DNA from: a virus
Lineage: Duplodnaviria; Caudoviricetes
IMG/VR virus record: IMGVR_UViG_3300036845_000533
Coordinates: 1-53,517 of that record
Strand: one strand, 5' to 3'
DNA length: 53,517 nucleotides
Position numbers and translations under genes: made by a program
The notes under the pieces: model-generated
What the model saw: the letters and a program-made list of their open reading frames with translations, nothing else
Told to the model about the DNA's origin: nothing
Database searches by the model: none
Shown here: piece by piece, positions 44,478 to 53,517 of the stretch
Numbering within the stretch: position 1 is the first letter of the stretch
Layout: the number at the start of each line of letters is the position of its first letter

Positions 44478-44870
44478 TTAAGGGGAGGACTCGTCTCCGA
44501 GGGCAAGACAGTTCAATACCAAAATCCGGTTCAGTGCCATGACGTTCGCCACGGACTGAATCACGTAGGTATCGCCAAACTCGGTCACCAGACGCATCCC
44601 GCCAGCGATCCCCGGCTGGTACCGGATCGCCACCGGGATAAACACCATGCTGGTGGTCTGCCCACCCCGCACCGCGTCGACGCCGCGCACCGGGTTCAGC
44701 GCCGCCTTCGCGGTGGTAAATGTCGTCCATGTACTGAGCAGGCCGCCGGCGTCATAGGCGGGCGGGCTTCCCGGCCCGTACGATTGAATCGTGACCAGAT
44801 GGCGCATCCGGCCCATCTCGATGGTGGGCCACCCGTTGACGACTTTGACAAACTCACTAAGGACCGCCAC
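44478..44870 (-). CDS. Head-tail adaptor / head closure protein
   Basis: GRMRHLVTIQ, IRYQPGI..GMR. Confidence 0.85.
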   Translation of the reverse strand: MAVLSEFVKVVNGWPTIEMGRMRHLVTIQSYGPGSPPAYDAGGLLSTWTTFTTAKAALNPVRGVDAVRGGQTTSMVFIPVAIRYQPGIAGGMRLVTEFGDTYVIQSVANVMALNRILVLNCLALGDESSP

Positions 44871-44876
44871 TGTCGG

Positions 44877-45614
44877 TTATCCGCGCGTCCCACAGAAGTC
44901 AAGCATCATGTGCTGCATAAACATACGTTCGATATTGGACGGCACCAGGCCAACGGCGCCGCGGTTTTCAAACCAGAATCCGACCAGATTCAGGATGGCG
45001 AGGTTCAACATTTGAGGAATCCCCGACACGATCGTGGAAGTTACTTGCTGATTCGGCGGCACGGAGGCAATGGTGTGCGTGTCGATGGCCGTCGGATCCG
45101 GATCGTACCCCGCCGTGAAGTTGATCTGAAGCGAATTCGCCACATACAGGGACGCGGGCCAATACTGCCCCGGCATCGGAAAGATGCGCGGCGGTTCGGT
45201 GATGCGGTCGAGCACGAAGTCCACGTCCTGCAGCAGTGTCTGGGTGTTTCCGGTCGAATCGATAAAGATCATGCCCTGAACGCTAATGACGGGCGGATAA
45301 GCCAGCTTGATCATCTGCGAGTAGTTCCAAAGTGTCGAGGAGTACCGCGGCAGACTGTAGTAAGCGGGCGGATAGGCCGATTGCGACTGAATCGTGTCCG
45401 TGTAGTACGGGAAGCTGTCGAGCACCTGCGTCCAGGTCCGCTGCGCCAGTCCGCGTCCGGTAATGATCTCACCCTGGATGCGTGCCGCGGTGATCCAGTT
45501 CGTGATGAAGACATCCTCCTGCGTCCAGGAGTCGGGAACGCTCATGAAGAGCCGTGCGTCCGCCAGAGTCACCGGTTCAGCGGTGGGAAGTGAAGTCTCT
45601 CTGCAATAGCCCAC
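44877..45614 (-). CDS. Head-tail connector (gp6-like)
   Basis: EPVTLADAR, I.AAR, FTAGY, AIL.LV..WFENR. Confidence 0.88.
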   Translation of the reverse strand: MGYCRETSLPTAEPVTLADARLFMSVPDSWTQEDVFITNWITAARIQGEIITGRGLAQRTWTQVLDSFPYYTDTIQSQSAYPPAYYSLPRYSSTLWNYSQMIKLAYPPVISVQGMIFIDSTGNTQTLLQDVDFVLDRITEPPRIFPMPGQYWPASLYVANSLQINFTAGYDPDPTAIDTHTIASVPPNQQVTSTIVSGIPQMLNLAILNLVGFWFENRGAVGLVPSNIERMFMQHMMLDFCGTRG

Positions 45615-45615
45615 T

Positions 45616-45825
45616 TTATTTTTTTCGTCGTCGGGTTAATGGTCGCGGAAGAACTGCCGTTTCGACGGCCGGCTGAAGCATGGCGACTTCGGACGGACCG
45701 ACCACGGCAGTTTCGGATGGGCGCAGTGTGCGGGTGTTCTCCCAGCCGCAGTTCATACAGACGACGATCGGCTGGTCGGACTCGGGCGGAATCTCCTGGC
45801 GGCAGCGGTCGCAGATGTCATACAT
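45616..45825 (-). CDS. Small Zn-ribbon protein with ETA repeats
   Basis: CDRC, CMNC, ETAV repeats, basic tail. Confidence 0.55.
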   Translation of the reverse strand: MYDICDRCRQEIPPESDQPIVVCMNCGWENTRTLRPSETAVVGPSEVAMLQPAVETAVLPRPLTRRRKK

Positions 45826-45838
45826 GATGGTGCGTGGT

Positions 45839-46321
45839 TCAACTCAACACGCCACCACCGGCATTGGTGGCCGTCGTGCTTGTATCTGCCATCCACGTGC
45901 CGTTGTACGACTTCAGCTTCACGGAATTGCCGATGAACCCGTTCATGGTCACGACATGGTAGATCGAATTGATCCCGTTCGCGGGCGTGGTGACCGTGTG
46001 GGCAAAAGCGGTTCCTGACAAGATGGTCAGTGTTTTGCCGTCGTCCGTGCCAGCTACCGGCAGCGCCAGTGTCAAAGCAGCAAGGCTCGTCGCCATGATG
46101 ACCGCCGTGCCCGACTTGATGCCGATCGCGCCGCTCTGAACTTCTGTCTCGACTTTATCGCCCGCCGTGATGTCCGGAGAGCCTGGACCGACCGTGCCAG
46201 CGAAGCCGGGCAGCGGTGTGGCGAGTTGCGATGGTGCCAGGACCACCACCGGATGGACTGCTGCATCATGAGTGGTTTCATGAGCGGTTTCATGGACTGT
46301 ATCTAGCATTTTGGTACTCAT
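45839..46321 (-). CDS. Putative capsid decoration/structural protein
   Basis: AAGGAG RBS; Thr-rich beta protein (LTLALP...DGKTLTI); near the capsid gene. Confidence 0.6.
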   Translation of the reverse strand: MSTKMLDTVHETAHETTHDAAVHPVVVLAPSQLATPLPGFAGTVGPGSPDITAGDKVETEVQSGAIGIKSGTAVIMATSLAALTLALPVAGTDDGKTLTILSGTAFAHTVTTPANGINSIYHVVTMNGFIGNSVKLKSYNGTWMADTSTTATNAGGGVLS

Positions 46322-46352
46322 AGTGACTCCTTTTTTGGTTGATGTAACGGAT

Positions 46353-46538
46353 TTATCGGCGCAGAGGGGCGACGCCCAGCAAGCCCGACAGGAAATAAAG
46401 CAGCCAGAGAACCACGCCCACGATGATGACGATGCGAATCATACGTGCGATAGCCGGGTCCATCGGAATCATCTGGATGAGCCATAAAGCCAGACCGACG
46501 GCGACCAGAACGATGACGATCTCGATCAGGAATCCCAT
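46353..46538 (-). CDS. Small two-TM membrane protein (Thivi_2564-like; possible holin)
   Basis: Two hydrophobic helices around IPMDP; AAGGAG RBS. Confidence 0.7.
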   Translation of the reverse strand: MGFLIEIVIVLVAVGLALWLIQMIPMDPAIARMIRIVIIVGVVLWLLYFLSGLLGVAPLRR

Positions 46539-46639
46539 AGTGTTTCTCCTTCCGCAGCCGAAAGCATGGTCCGACGATCGTTACCCTGTGTTCGCAAGGC
46601 GCGACCGGACACTGCTTTCGGCATCACGGATTGCTGTTG

Positions 46640-48061
46640 TTAGTAAGCGTTGGTCAGATAGGCCACTGGGTGTGTTCCAGCGTCCAATAAATTTCCGTCC
46701 CCCCTGTAAAATGCGAGGAATGCCACCTGGCCAAAATCGGCAAAGCGCTCTTCAAGTCTGATAACAGACATTTCCTTGACGCGCCGGATCATGTACATCT
46801 TGAGCGGGCCAAAGACGACGCTGATCACGCTGACGGTGGGTGAAGAGGCCACCGTCTGCAGCTGCGCCATATCGTTGTTGATCGCATAGCCGTAGCCATT
46901 GATCGTGTCGGGCTCTTTCACTGCGACATTGGGCACCCACAGCGGACGCCCATACTTGTCCTTGATCTTTTTGAGCGCCTTCAGCGTCAAATCATGGAAC
47001 ATATACTTCGCTCCAGGGCGGTACAGCGGATCGATGCTGTGTTCCAGATTGGTCATATCGTCCGAGCCGATGGTGTTGCCGCCGCCCACGCCGTCATTGG
47101 CTATGGAACCGATGGCGAGAGGCCCGGCGTTGGCCGCGGTGACGATGCCCTTGGGCTGGTTCGAGCCGGTGCCGAGGGTAAACAGGTTGTTCTGGATGCG
47201 GCCCAGGCGGATAGCAAACTTCTTGGTTAGGTAGGAATCGAAGTCGAAGGCCGAATCCTGCAGCAGTTCGATCGAGATTTTGATCAATTTGGAGCTGAAC
47301 TTATAAGCTCCGAACATGATCTGCCCGAGAGTGACGTCCTGCGTCGAAACCTGCTGGTTTTCCGCGATCAGTTCGCCCATCACGGTGGTGTCGTTATCCG
47401 TCGGGAAGGGCAACGGCTGGCCGGTCGCCGTATCGAAAGTATCGGACTCCTGCAACATCGGGCCGTAATACTTCATGGCTTCGGTGACTTTATCGACGAA
47501 CCCCACCGGCACGAAGAAGCCGGTGGTCGCGCCGGGATAGGCACCCTGGCCGCCGGAGCCCATGTCGCGCACTTCGCGCGCTGCTCCGAGAGAGCGCAGC
47601 TCCCGGTTGATCAGATCGAGGTCGTCCTTATCGAGCGCGCTGCGGATCATCTTGGAGGAACGGTACAGAACCTCCTTGTCCCGGTCGCTGATGCCGCGGA
47701 TGAGATACGCGCCGCGCATACGCCGCTCGTCTCCATAGCGCAGATAGTTGAAATAGGCGCGGTAGTATTCGTCGGCGGCGTTCTTCTGTGCCGGCGCGTC
47801 GTTCGGATCGAGGTGCTGGAATGCGGGGTTCGGCACTCGGCCGTTGGGCGGCGCGCCGGTCGCGCGCAGTTCCTCGTCGGTCTTTTCGGCTTTCTCCATG
47901 CGCGTGATGCGGGCACCGAGCGACTGGAGGTCGGCGTCCATAGCGTCCCATTTGGCGATGTCTGCTTTGGTTTTCAGGCCGGTGCTGTCGGTCAGCTCCT
48001 GCATGTCGTGGAATATCTTCGCGCGCTCCTCGCGGAGCGCATGACTTTCATTGGCATTCAT
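46640..48061 (-). CDS. Major capsid protein, HK97 fold with N-terminal delta domain
   Basis: GFFVP, ISIELLQDS, G.G..QPKGI, KIKDKYGRPLW. Confidence 0.95.
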   Translation of the reverse strand: MNANESHALREERAKIFHDMQELTDSTGLKTKADIAKWDAMDADLQSLGARITRMEKAEKTDEELRATGAPPNGRVPNPAFQHLDPNDAPAQKNAADEYYRAYFNYLRYGDERRMRGAYLIRGISDRDKEVLYRSSKMIRSALDKDDLDLINRELRSLGAAREVRDMGSGGQGAYPGATTGFFVPVGFVDKVTEAMKYYGPMLQESDTFDTATGQPLPFPTDNDTTVMGELIAENQQVSTQDVTLGQIMFGAYKFSSKLIKISIELLQDSAFDFDSYLTKKFAIRLGRIQNNLFTLGTGSNQPKGIVTAANAGPLAIGSIANDGVGGGNTIGSDDMTNLEHSIDPLYRPGAKYMFHDLTLKALKKIKDKYGRPLWVPNVAVKEPDTINGYGYAINNDMAQLQTVASSPTVSVISVVFGPLKMYMIRRVKEMSVIRLEERFADFGQVAFLAFYRGDGNLLDAGTHPVAYLTNAY

Positions 48062-48183
48062 ATGACGATCTCCTGTTGGATAAAAATTGGATTCGCTTAG
48101 CCGTCAGGTCTGCCAGAACAAGTTCAGGGGACCGCTTCGTATCCACTACTGGGGCGTAACTGCGCCCGGGAGTAACACAAACT

Positions 48184-49512
48184 CTAGAGAGCCATGGCGA
48201 TAGCGAGCAGGCGTTGCCGCCGCATGCGAAGCATGGCTTCGGGGTTTCCTTCCAGATCGAACAGTTGATCCGGGTTTAAGTGCGACCGGCTATCCTCGGT
48301 CACTTCGATATCGTTGGCTTTCGCCATGGCGACCAGCTTCTTCCATGCCGCCGCTTTGTCCGCTTCACTGACGCCCTTCAGTTGGTTGAAACGGGCGAGA
48401 GCGTTGCGCAGATGGCGCTTGGTCTTCTCGTCGGTCGAGAACTTCACCGGCAGCTTCCAGGTGCTGGTATCGTCTTTGTCCCCGACGATCAGGAAGGCGT
48501 CCGCGGTGAGATCTTCGCCGTCCACGCGCTTGGTCCGCGGCTTATCCTTGGCGCGGCACGTGTGCGCATCGAAAGCCGCACTGGCTGCCTCTACCGACTT
48601 CGTCCGGCTGCGCCAGCCGCAGGAACACTTCGCGTAGACGTTTTTCTTCGCCGTGTCGCATACCATACTGAGCGACCGCGCCTTCGCCATGCCGCCCGGC
48701 GTATTGGCCGGCATGTCGCCCGGGATGCCGTTCGTGCCGCAGCGCCCGCAGCGGCAGTTCACGTCGTTGCATTCCTCGTTCGAGCACTCGTCGCAATCCC
48801 CGTCCTGGCAGGCCGCGCACTCGCAGGCGCATTCGTTCATATCGTCCGCAGCGTCATCGTCGGATCGCGTTAGATAGTCGTAGGTTTCCTTTACATGCGC
48901 GGCTATGTGCTGGCGGACTTCCTCCGGCATACCCTGCGGGAACAGCGAGCGCAGGGAACTCAACTCCGTGTTGGTCTGCGGATACGCGGGGTAGGTCACC
49001 GTCGAGACATCGAACAGATCCAGGTCCAGCACTTCGCGCATCGAGCGCGTAAAACTGGGATCGTTGGGGTCCTTCTCATCGATCCAGCGCTGCCCGCCGT
49101 CGTGGATCGAGAAGCCGAAGCTGCACTCGTCGACGTCGCCGCGCTCGACCGACTCCGCCAAATCGCGCGCATAAGTGGTCTGCGGCAGCAGCGTTTTGAA
49201 CTTCAAGCCCTTCGCGTCCGACGACAGTTCCGTGGTGCCGGATTTGGTCCTGCCGAGCACCATGTTCGGATCGTGGTTGATGAGATGGCGCACGTCCTGC
49301 TTTTCGGCCAGTGCGCGATTGAACGCGCCGGGCATGATCCGTTCGCGCATCCCCCATCCAAGATCTTCCGAGACGGTATTGTAGGTCGCTGCATAGCCAC
49401 TGAGATACTGTTTGCCGTCGTCATTGGTCTCAGAGCGAAGTTCGGTTGCGCGCAGCGTCCGGACCTCGCGGATGGGCATTGCGGGCTTCAGAGAGGGGGA
49501 ACGGTGGCTCAT
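48184..49512 (-). CDS. HK97-family prohead protease with C-terminal extensions
   Basis: GYAATYN, ERIMPGAF, NHDPN.VLGRT.SGT, SFGF, DVSTVTYPAY. Confidence 0.93.
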   Translation of the reverse strand: MSHRSPSLKPAMPIREVRTLRATELRSETNDDGKQYLSGYAATYNTVSEDLGWGMRERIMPGAFNRALAEKQDVRHLINHDPNMVLGRTKSGTTELSSDAKGLKFKTLLPQTTYARDLAESVERGDVDECSFGFSIHDGGQRWIDEKDPNDPSFTRSMREVLDLDLFDVSTVTYPAYPQTNTELSSLRSLFPQGMPEEVRQHIAAHVKETYDYLTRSDDDAADDMNECACECAACQDGDCDECSNEECNDVNCRCGRCGTNGIPGDMPANTPGGMAKARSLSMVCDTAKKNVYAKCSCGWRSRTKSVEAASAAFDAHTCRAKDKPRTKRVDGEDLTADAFLIVGDKDDTSTWKLPVKFSTDEKTKRHLRNALARFNQLKGVSEADKAAAWKKLVAMAKANDIEVTEDSRSHLNPDQLFDLEGNPEAMLRMRRQRLLAIAMAL

Positions 49513-49532
49513 AGATCGGTGCTCCTTTCGCA

Positions 49533-51041
49533 TCAAGTCTGATCTTCAACCGTGGTGTCGTCAGAAACGGTGCCCGCCGCTGCGCCGCTGGGAGGCGTTT
49601 TGGCAGCAGGCGGCTCGTCGGGTGGTGGCTGCGGCTTCGCACCCTGCCCCGATCCGTCCTGAAAGCCGGGATCGATCGGCGTGGTAGAGAGCGTCATGTT
49701 GACGGGCATCCAATACTGCTCCGCCCAGTCGGCCTCAATGGGATTTAATCCCTCCAAAGTGAGAATGTCGTTGGTGTTCAGGTAGCCCCATTGCCGCCCG
49801 CTGGCGTTGAAGCGTTCGCGGCTGACCGCGTCGCCGCGGATCATGGAGGTGACATCGAACGACACGAAGAACGGGTTCTTGGTACGCCCGCGTCCCGCAT
49901 TCGGACTGCGGAAGAGCTTACGCTTCCATTCCAGCTTGATGGCCGACATCCAGGGCTCGAGGGTGTAGTCGAGCAGCTCCTGGTTCTCCTGTTCGGTGGA
50001 GGCCTTGGAGCCCTTGGTAGTGTCGCCCACCATGCGCACCGGAACGTGGAAGATCGAGGCGATCTCGGTACGGATATAAGTGCGGCTCTCGATGGTCTGG
50101 GCTTCCTGCGGGTTGTTCGACATGGCCTTCCACTCAAAGCCGGGCGGCATGACGGCAATGCGGTTGGCGTTCTCGCCGCCCTGCGCTTCCATCCACGAGC
50201 GCCGCGCCTGCTCCTTATCCTCCGGCCGGAGATTCATGGGCAGTGTGAGCAGGCCGCCCGGGCGGGCGAAATTCGCGAAGTACTTCGCGCCGAACTTCTC
50301 CGTCGCGAGCGCGAGGCCGATGGTCTGCCGCGCCAGCCACACCACGCTCTGACCGAGACGGCCATCGAAGGAGAGTCCCGGCACATGCAGCATGTCCTCC
50401 ATGGGGATAATGCGTTCGGGCTGGTTGTAGGCGTCCGCTTCCGAACGGTCGTTATCGTCGATGCCGTCGGTGGTGTTGTATGCCAGCGTGCCTGCGTCCA
50501 AGTAGACCGGGTACGGACGCCACTCCTCGGGAGGCAGGAGCACCGGCTGCGTCATGCGCCGCGGCCTGGTCTTCGCGGGATTGCGCGGCCACAACGCCGC
50601 CGGGCGTTTACTGGCGTCGCGCTGGATCTCGGCGTAGCCGTTGCTCCAGGCGAGGCAATGCAGCAGAAAGGCTTTCAGAAAGGTCTGCCGCGACATTTCG
50701 ATGTTGGGCTGCAGATGAATTAGTTCGTATAACTCGTGGTCGTAAGAAATGCGATGCACCGCGCGTTGATTGACCTTCGAGAAACTCCGCTCCTGAATGT
50801 CGAAGGGCAGTGAGGATATCTTCCCGGCAATCAGATCCGTGCAGGTGAGGAAGGTGGAAACCTGAAACGCCGTCAGTTCGGAGACGCGGATCCCGGAATC
50901 GGTCCGGCCGCCCTGAAAAATATCCAGCAGCCATTCCGCTGGATAACTCAGCGGCGTCTGTGGATTCTCAAGACTGGTCCGGTACTCCAGGACCGGATAG
51001 CTCCAATCGCGCGGGATGACCGCGAGTTTAGATGTCATCAA
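49533..51041 (-). CDS. Portal protein, HK97 family
   Basis: QPN.EMS, NGYAEI, DMLHV.G..FDG..G.S, EIASIFHVP. Confidence 0.95.
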   Translation of the reverse strand: MMTSKLAVIPRDWSYPVLEYRTSLENPQTPLSYPAEWLLDIFQGGRTDSGIRVSELTAFQVSTFLTCTDLIAGKISSLPFDIQERSFSKVNQRAVHRISYDHELYELIHLQPNIEMSRQTFLKAFLLHCLAWSNGYAEIQRDASKRPAALWPRNPAKTRPRRMTQPVLLPPEEWRPYPVYLDAGTLAYNTTDGIDDNDRSEADAYNQPERIIPMEDMLHVPGLSFDGRLGQSVVWLARQTIGLALATEKFGAKYFANFARPGGLLTLPMNLRPEDKEQARRSWMEAQGGENANRIAVMPPGFEWKAMSNNPQEAQTIESRTYIRTEIASIFHVPVRMVGDTTKGSKASTEQENQELLDYTLEPWMSAIKLEWKRKLFRSPNAGRGRTKNPFFVSFDVTSMIRGDAVSRERFNASGRQWGYLNTNDILTLEGLNPIEADWAEQYWMPVNMTLSTTPIDPGFQDGSGQGAKPQPPPDEPPAAKTPPSGAAAGTVSDDTTVEDQT

Positions 51042-51297
51042 ATCGGCTCAACCGGATGCCCGGCTCGAGGAGAAAGAAGTCGATGCCGTATTTTTCGCGC
51101 AGCGGATCGAGCGCCGCATCGATGATCACGCGCTGTTGATCGTTCACCGGGAAGTCCACGCGGAGGATGTACAGCTTCGAAAGATCCTTGTTTGTTCTAC
51201 GTTCTTTCTTTGCTCCGAACAGTGAGAGGACTTCATCTTTCGGCTTATTCCGAGGCCGGAACCAATCAAACCAACTCGTAAGCTCACTGATGCTCAT
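51028..51297 (-). CDS. Hypothetical protein between terL and portal
   Basis: 89 aa; overlaps the portal start. Confidence 0.55.
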   Translation of the reverse strand: MSISELTSWFDWFRPRNKPKDEVLSLFGAKKERRTNKDLSKLYILRVDFPVNDQQRVIIDAALDPLREKYGIDFFLLEPGIRLSRFDDI

Positions 51298-51313
51298 CAG
51301 GCCCCGGAGTCGG

Positions 51314-52936
51314 CTACCATACTTCGATCGCGCTTTTGTTTGGTTGCGACATCAGCATCGCCCGGGTCATCGCATCAGCGAGCGCGGACATGCCATCAAT
51401 ACGGCTTGTGCTCTTATCGCGATCCGGCTTGGTGAACATGATATTGTCCCTGCCGTCAGTGATCGTACAGACGCAGCCGGCGTGCCAGCGCAGGACCGGG
51501 TGACCACCGTGGTGAAGTCTTTTGTTTACTACCAACTCCTTGATCTTCTTTGTGGCCTCACTCAGCGATTGATATCCCTGGCGGACATCCACGCACTGAT
51601 AGCCGTCCTCGACCATCGAGACTGAAATCTGGCGGGAGTTCCATGGATCCCAGCAAATCTCTCTTAAGTCGAACATTGAAGCCGCCCACTCAAGCCGTGC
51701 CTGGACGTCACGGTAATCGATGACCTCACCACAAGTGAGTTCGATAAATCCATCCCGGTCCCACTGTGAGAGCGGAACACCAAGCTTCACTTCCAGTTTT
51801 CTAACCTTCGCATCCGGCAGCCAAAAGAACGGGAGAACATCGTAACTCTCGCCGTCGTCGCAGGGGAAAACTAACACGGCGGCGCTCATGTCGGTCGTCA
51901 TCGAAAGATCCACGCCCGCCCAGCAGCGTCGTTCAATAAAGTGTGAGAGCACCGAATGCGGAAGCGGCTTTACCTTGTCCTCCGGCGCCCGCGGCAGCAA
52001 CCCGTTCGCCACCCATTCACCAGCAGATAAGTCCCACTTATTCATCTCAATGGCTCGATCTTCCTTGTGATCCCATACGTTCAGAAAATATCGTTTGAAG
52101 CTAGTGAGATCACCCTCGGCAGCCGCGGACTCATACTCCTTACGAATTTGGCCCTTGTCAAGAAACCCGCCGTTTTCCTTCAGGCTGGGATTAGCCTTGA
52201 TCCAGGTTGCCGGCAGCGATGGATCGTCCGTCTTTTCCGCCCCGTAAATCCGGCCAAAGAATCGGTCATCCGAAACGACACCATCGCGAATCTTGCGCGT
52301 CTTCTCGTGGAGCTTCCAGGCAAGCGGGCTTTCCTCCTGTACGCCAGCGGTCGTGATCGCGATCGTCAAGGTTTGCTTTCGGGTGATACCACCCTTCGAG
52401 AGGACGTCCCAGTTCTCGAGCTGCTTGCGTGTCTTCCACCGGTGGACCTCATCGGCAACTACAAACGCCGGATTCACACCATCACCAAAATCTCCATCGG
52501 CGGCAATGGCTGTGTAGAACGAGTCGGGCTCATTCCTTTTTACAATCCGGTTTGTACCACGCATGATGCGCAGATGCTTCTTCAGCACCGGCGACTGCTC
52601 GACCATCTTGCAGGCCGCGCGGTATACGTTCAGCGCCTGGCGGGTGGCAGCGGCGGCGCCATATACCTGACACCCCGGGCTTGAGGTAACAATCAGGACC
52701 AGCAGCACGATGCCGGCTACGAATTCGGTCTTACCGGCCTTCTTGGGTACCTCGAGATAAACCATCTCGATGATTCGATTCCCGTTTTGATCGACCCTGC
52801 CAAATATGGCTGCCAGCGCTTCTTCCTGCCAGGGACACAACAGGAACGGGGTTCCCCACCACTCGTCAGCCGAGTGTTTGAGAACTAACTCAAAGAAGTT
52901 ACAGGCTGCGTCGGCGTGGGCTTGAGAGAAGGGCAC
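51314..52936 (-). CDS. terL: Terminase large subunit
   Basis: PWQ, VPKKAGKT, ADEVH, ITTAG, GVDLS..TD, RIDG. Confidence 0.96.
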   Translation of the reverse strand: MPFSQAHADAACNFFELVLKHSADEWWGTPFLLCPWQEEALAAIFGRVDQNGNRIIEMVYLEVPKKAGKTEFVAGIVLLVLIVTSSPGCQVYGAAAATRQALNVYRAACKMVEQSPVLKKHLRIMRGTNRIVKRNEPDSFYTAIAADGDFGDGVNPAFVVADEVHRWKTRKQLENWDVLSKGGITRKQTLTIAITTAGVQEESPLAWKLHEKTRKIRDGVVSDDRFFGRIYGAEKTDDPSLPATWIKANPSLKENGGFLDKGQIRKEYESAAAEGDLTSFKRYFLNVWDHKEDRAIEMNKWDLSAGEWVANGLLPRAPEDKVKPLPHSVLSHFIERRCWAGVDLSMTTDMSAAVLVFPCDDGESYDVLPFFWLPDAKVRKLEVKLGVPLSQWDRDGFIELTCGEVIDYRDVQARLEWAASMFDLREICWDPWNSRQISVSMVEDGYQCVDVRQGYQSLSEATKKIKELVVNKRLHHGGHPVLRWHAGCVCTITDGRDNIMFTKPDRDKSTSRIDGMSALADAMTRAMLMSQPNKSAIEVW

Positions 52937-52937
52937 A

Positions 52938-53471
52938 TCAGTTTACCGTTGGCGCGACGCGCGGCGCCCGCGGCTGAGTCAGGATGGCCGCGAGATCCGC
53001 CTCGCCTGTATTTTGTTTCTCGATCGCCAGACGCGCACGGCTTACCGGGGACAAGCCGAATTCGCCCGAGAACTGGCGGACCTTATCCCAGGCCGCGCGG
53101 CTAATCGCGATCGCCGGATGATGCTTACGTTTCAGGACCACCTTTTCGCCATATTTAATGGGCTCTTCGACGATAATGCCTTCTTTGGCAACCAGGCTGT
53201 CCGCCTGGACCGCGCGCTGGTAGTTCACGCAGCCCATTTCCAGCATCATCGCGTCCGGCCGGTGGTCCTGCTGCATGTCGGTAAGTTCCGCGGACCAGAA
53301 TTTCCACGCTGCGCGCGCTATGCCTTTAAGACGTGTTGGGCACGGAGGAAGTCCGCGCGTGGCTCGCACCTCAGAGGCGATCTGCGCTTCGAGTTTCCGC
53401 GCGCCGACTCTACGGGTGTCGCCGTCCCTCAATTTCTGAGCCGCCGTCTTCGGCTTTCTTCCCCGTTTCAT
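52938..53471 (-). CDS. terS: Terminase small subunit, P27 family
   Basis: GRKPK, P.CP..L...A..AW, HPA, EFGLSPVSRARL. Confidence 0.9.
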   Translation of the reverse strand: MKRGRKPKTAAQKLRDGDTRRVGARKLEAQIASEVRATRGLPPCPTRLKGIARAAWKFWSAELTDMQQDHRPDAMMLEMGCVNYQRAVQADSLVAKEGIIVEEPIKYGEKVVLKRKHHPAIAISRAAWDKVRQFSGEFGLSPVSRARLAIEKQNTGEADLAAILTQPRAPRVAPTVN

Positions 53472-53510
53472 GAAATCAATACGCTGATTTTCGTAGTTAG
53501 GTGGCGTGCG

Positions 53511-53517
53511 GTCTGGA
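53511..53517. repeat. Terminal direct repeat gtctgga, right copy
   Basis: Matches bases 1-7. Confidence 0.7.

Overview
The window looks like a complete or near-complete genome of a temperate, long-tailed HK97-like phage (about 53.5 kb, high GC). The first and last 7 bases are identical (gtctgga), the join falls between an HNH endonuclease and the small terminase where cos sites usually lie, and an intact attP-like site sits inside the window. Nearly all genes are on the minus strand. From the right end they are: terminases, portal, prohead protease, major capsid, head-tail joining genes, five tandem GT-A glycosyltransferases, tail genes, three very large adsorption proteins, a divergent pair of XRE regulators, an early region (RecB-family nuclease, RecT, proline-rich protein, ECF sigma, excisionase-like genes, tyrosine integrase), attP, replication genes with an internal origin, accessory genes and a HigBA toxin-antitoxin pair. 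An Acidobacteria host is a tentative guess from the style of the MerR and ECF proteins. The most striking feature is the five-glycosyltransferase cassette, translationally coupled inside the virion assembly operon, which is a candidate multi-step virion glycosylation pathway. Other oddities are tail chaperones apparently made by gene duplication instead of frameshifting, a sigma gene bracketed by a duplicated gene start, and no recognisable endolysin. All protein calls come from motif recognition by eye; no searches were run.
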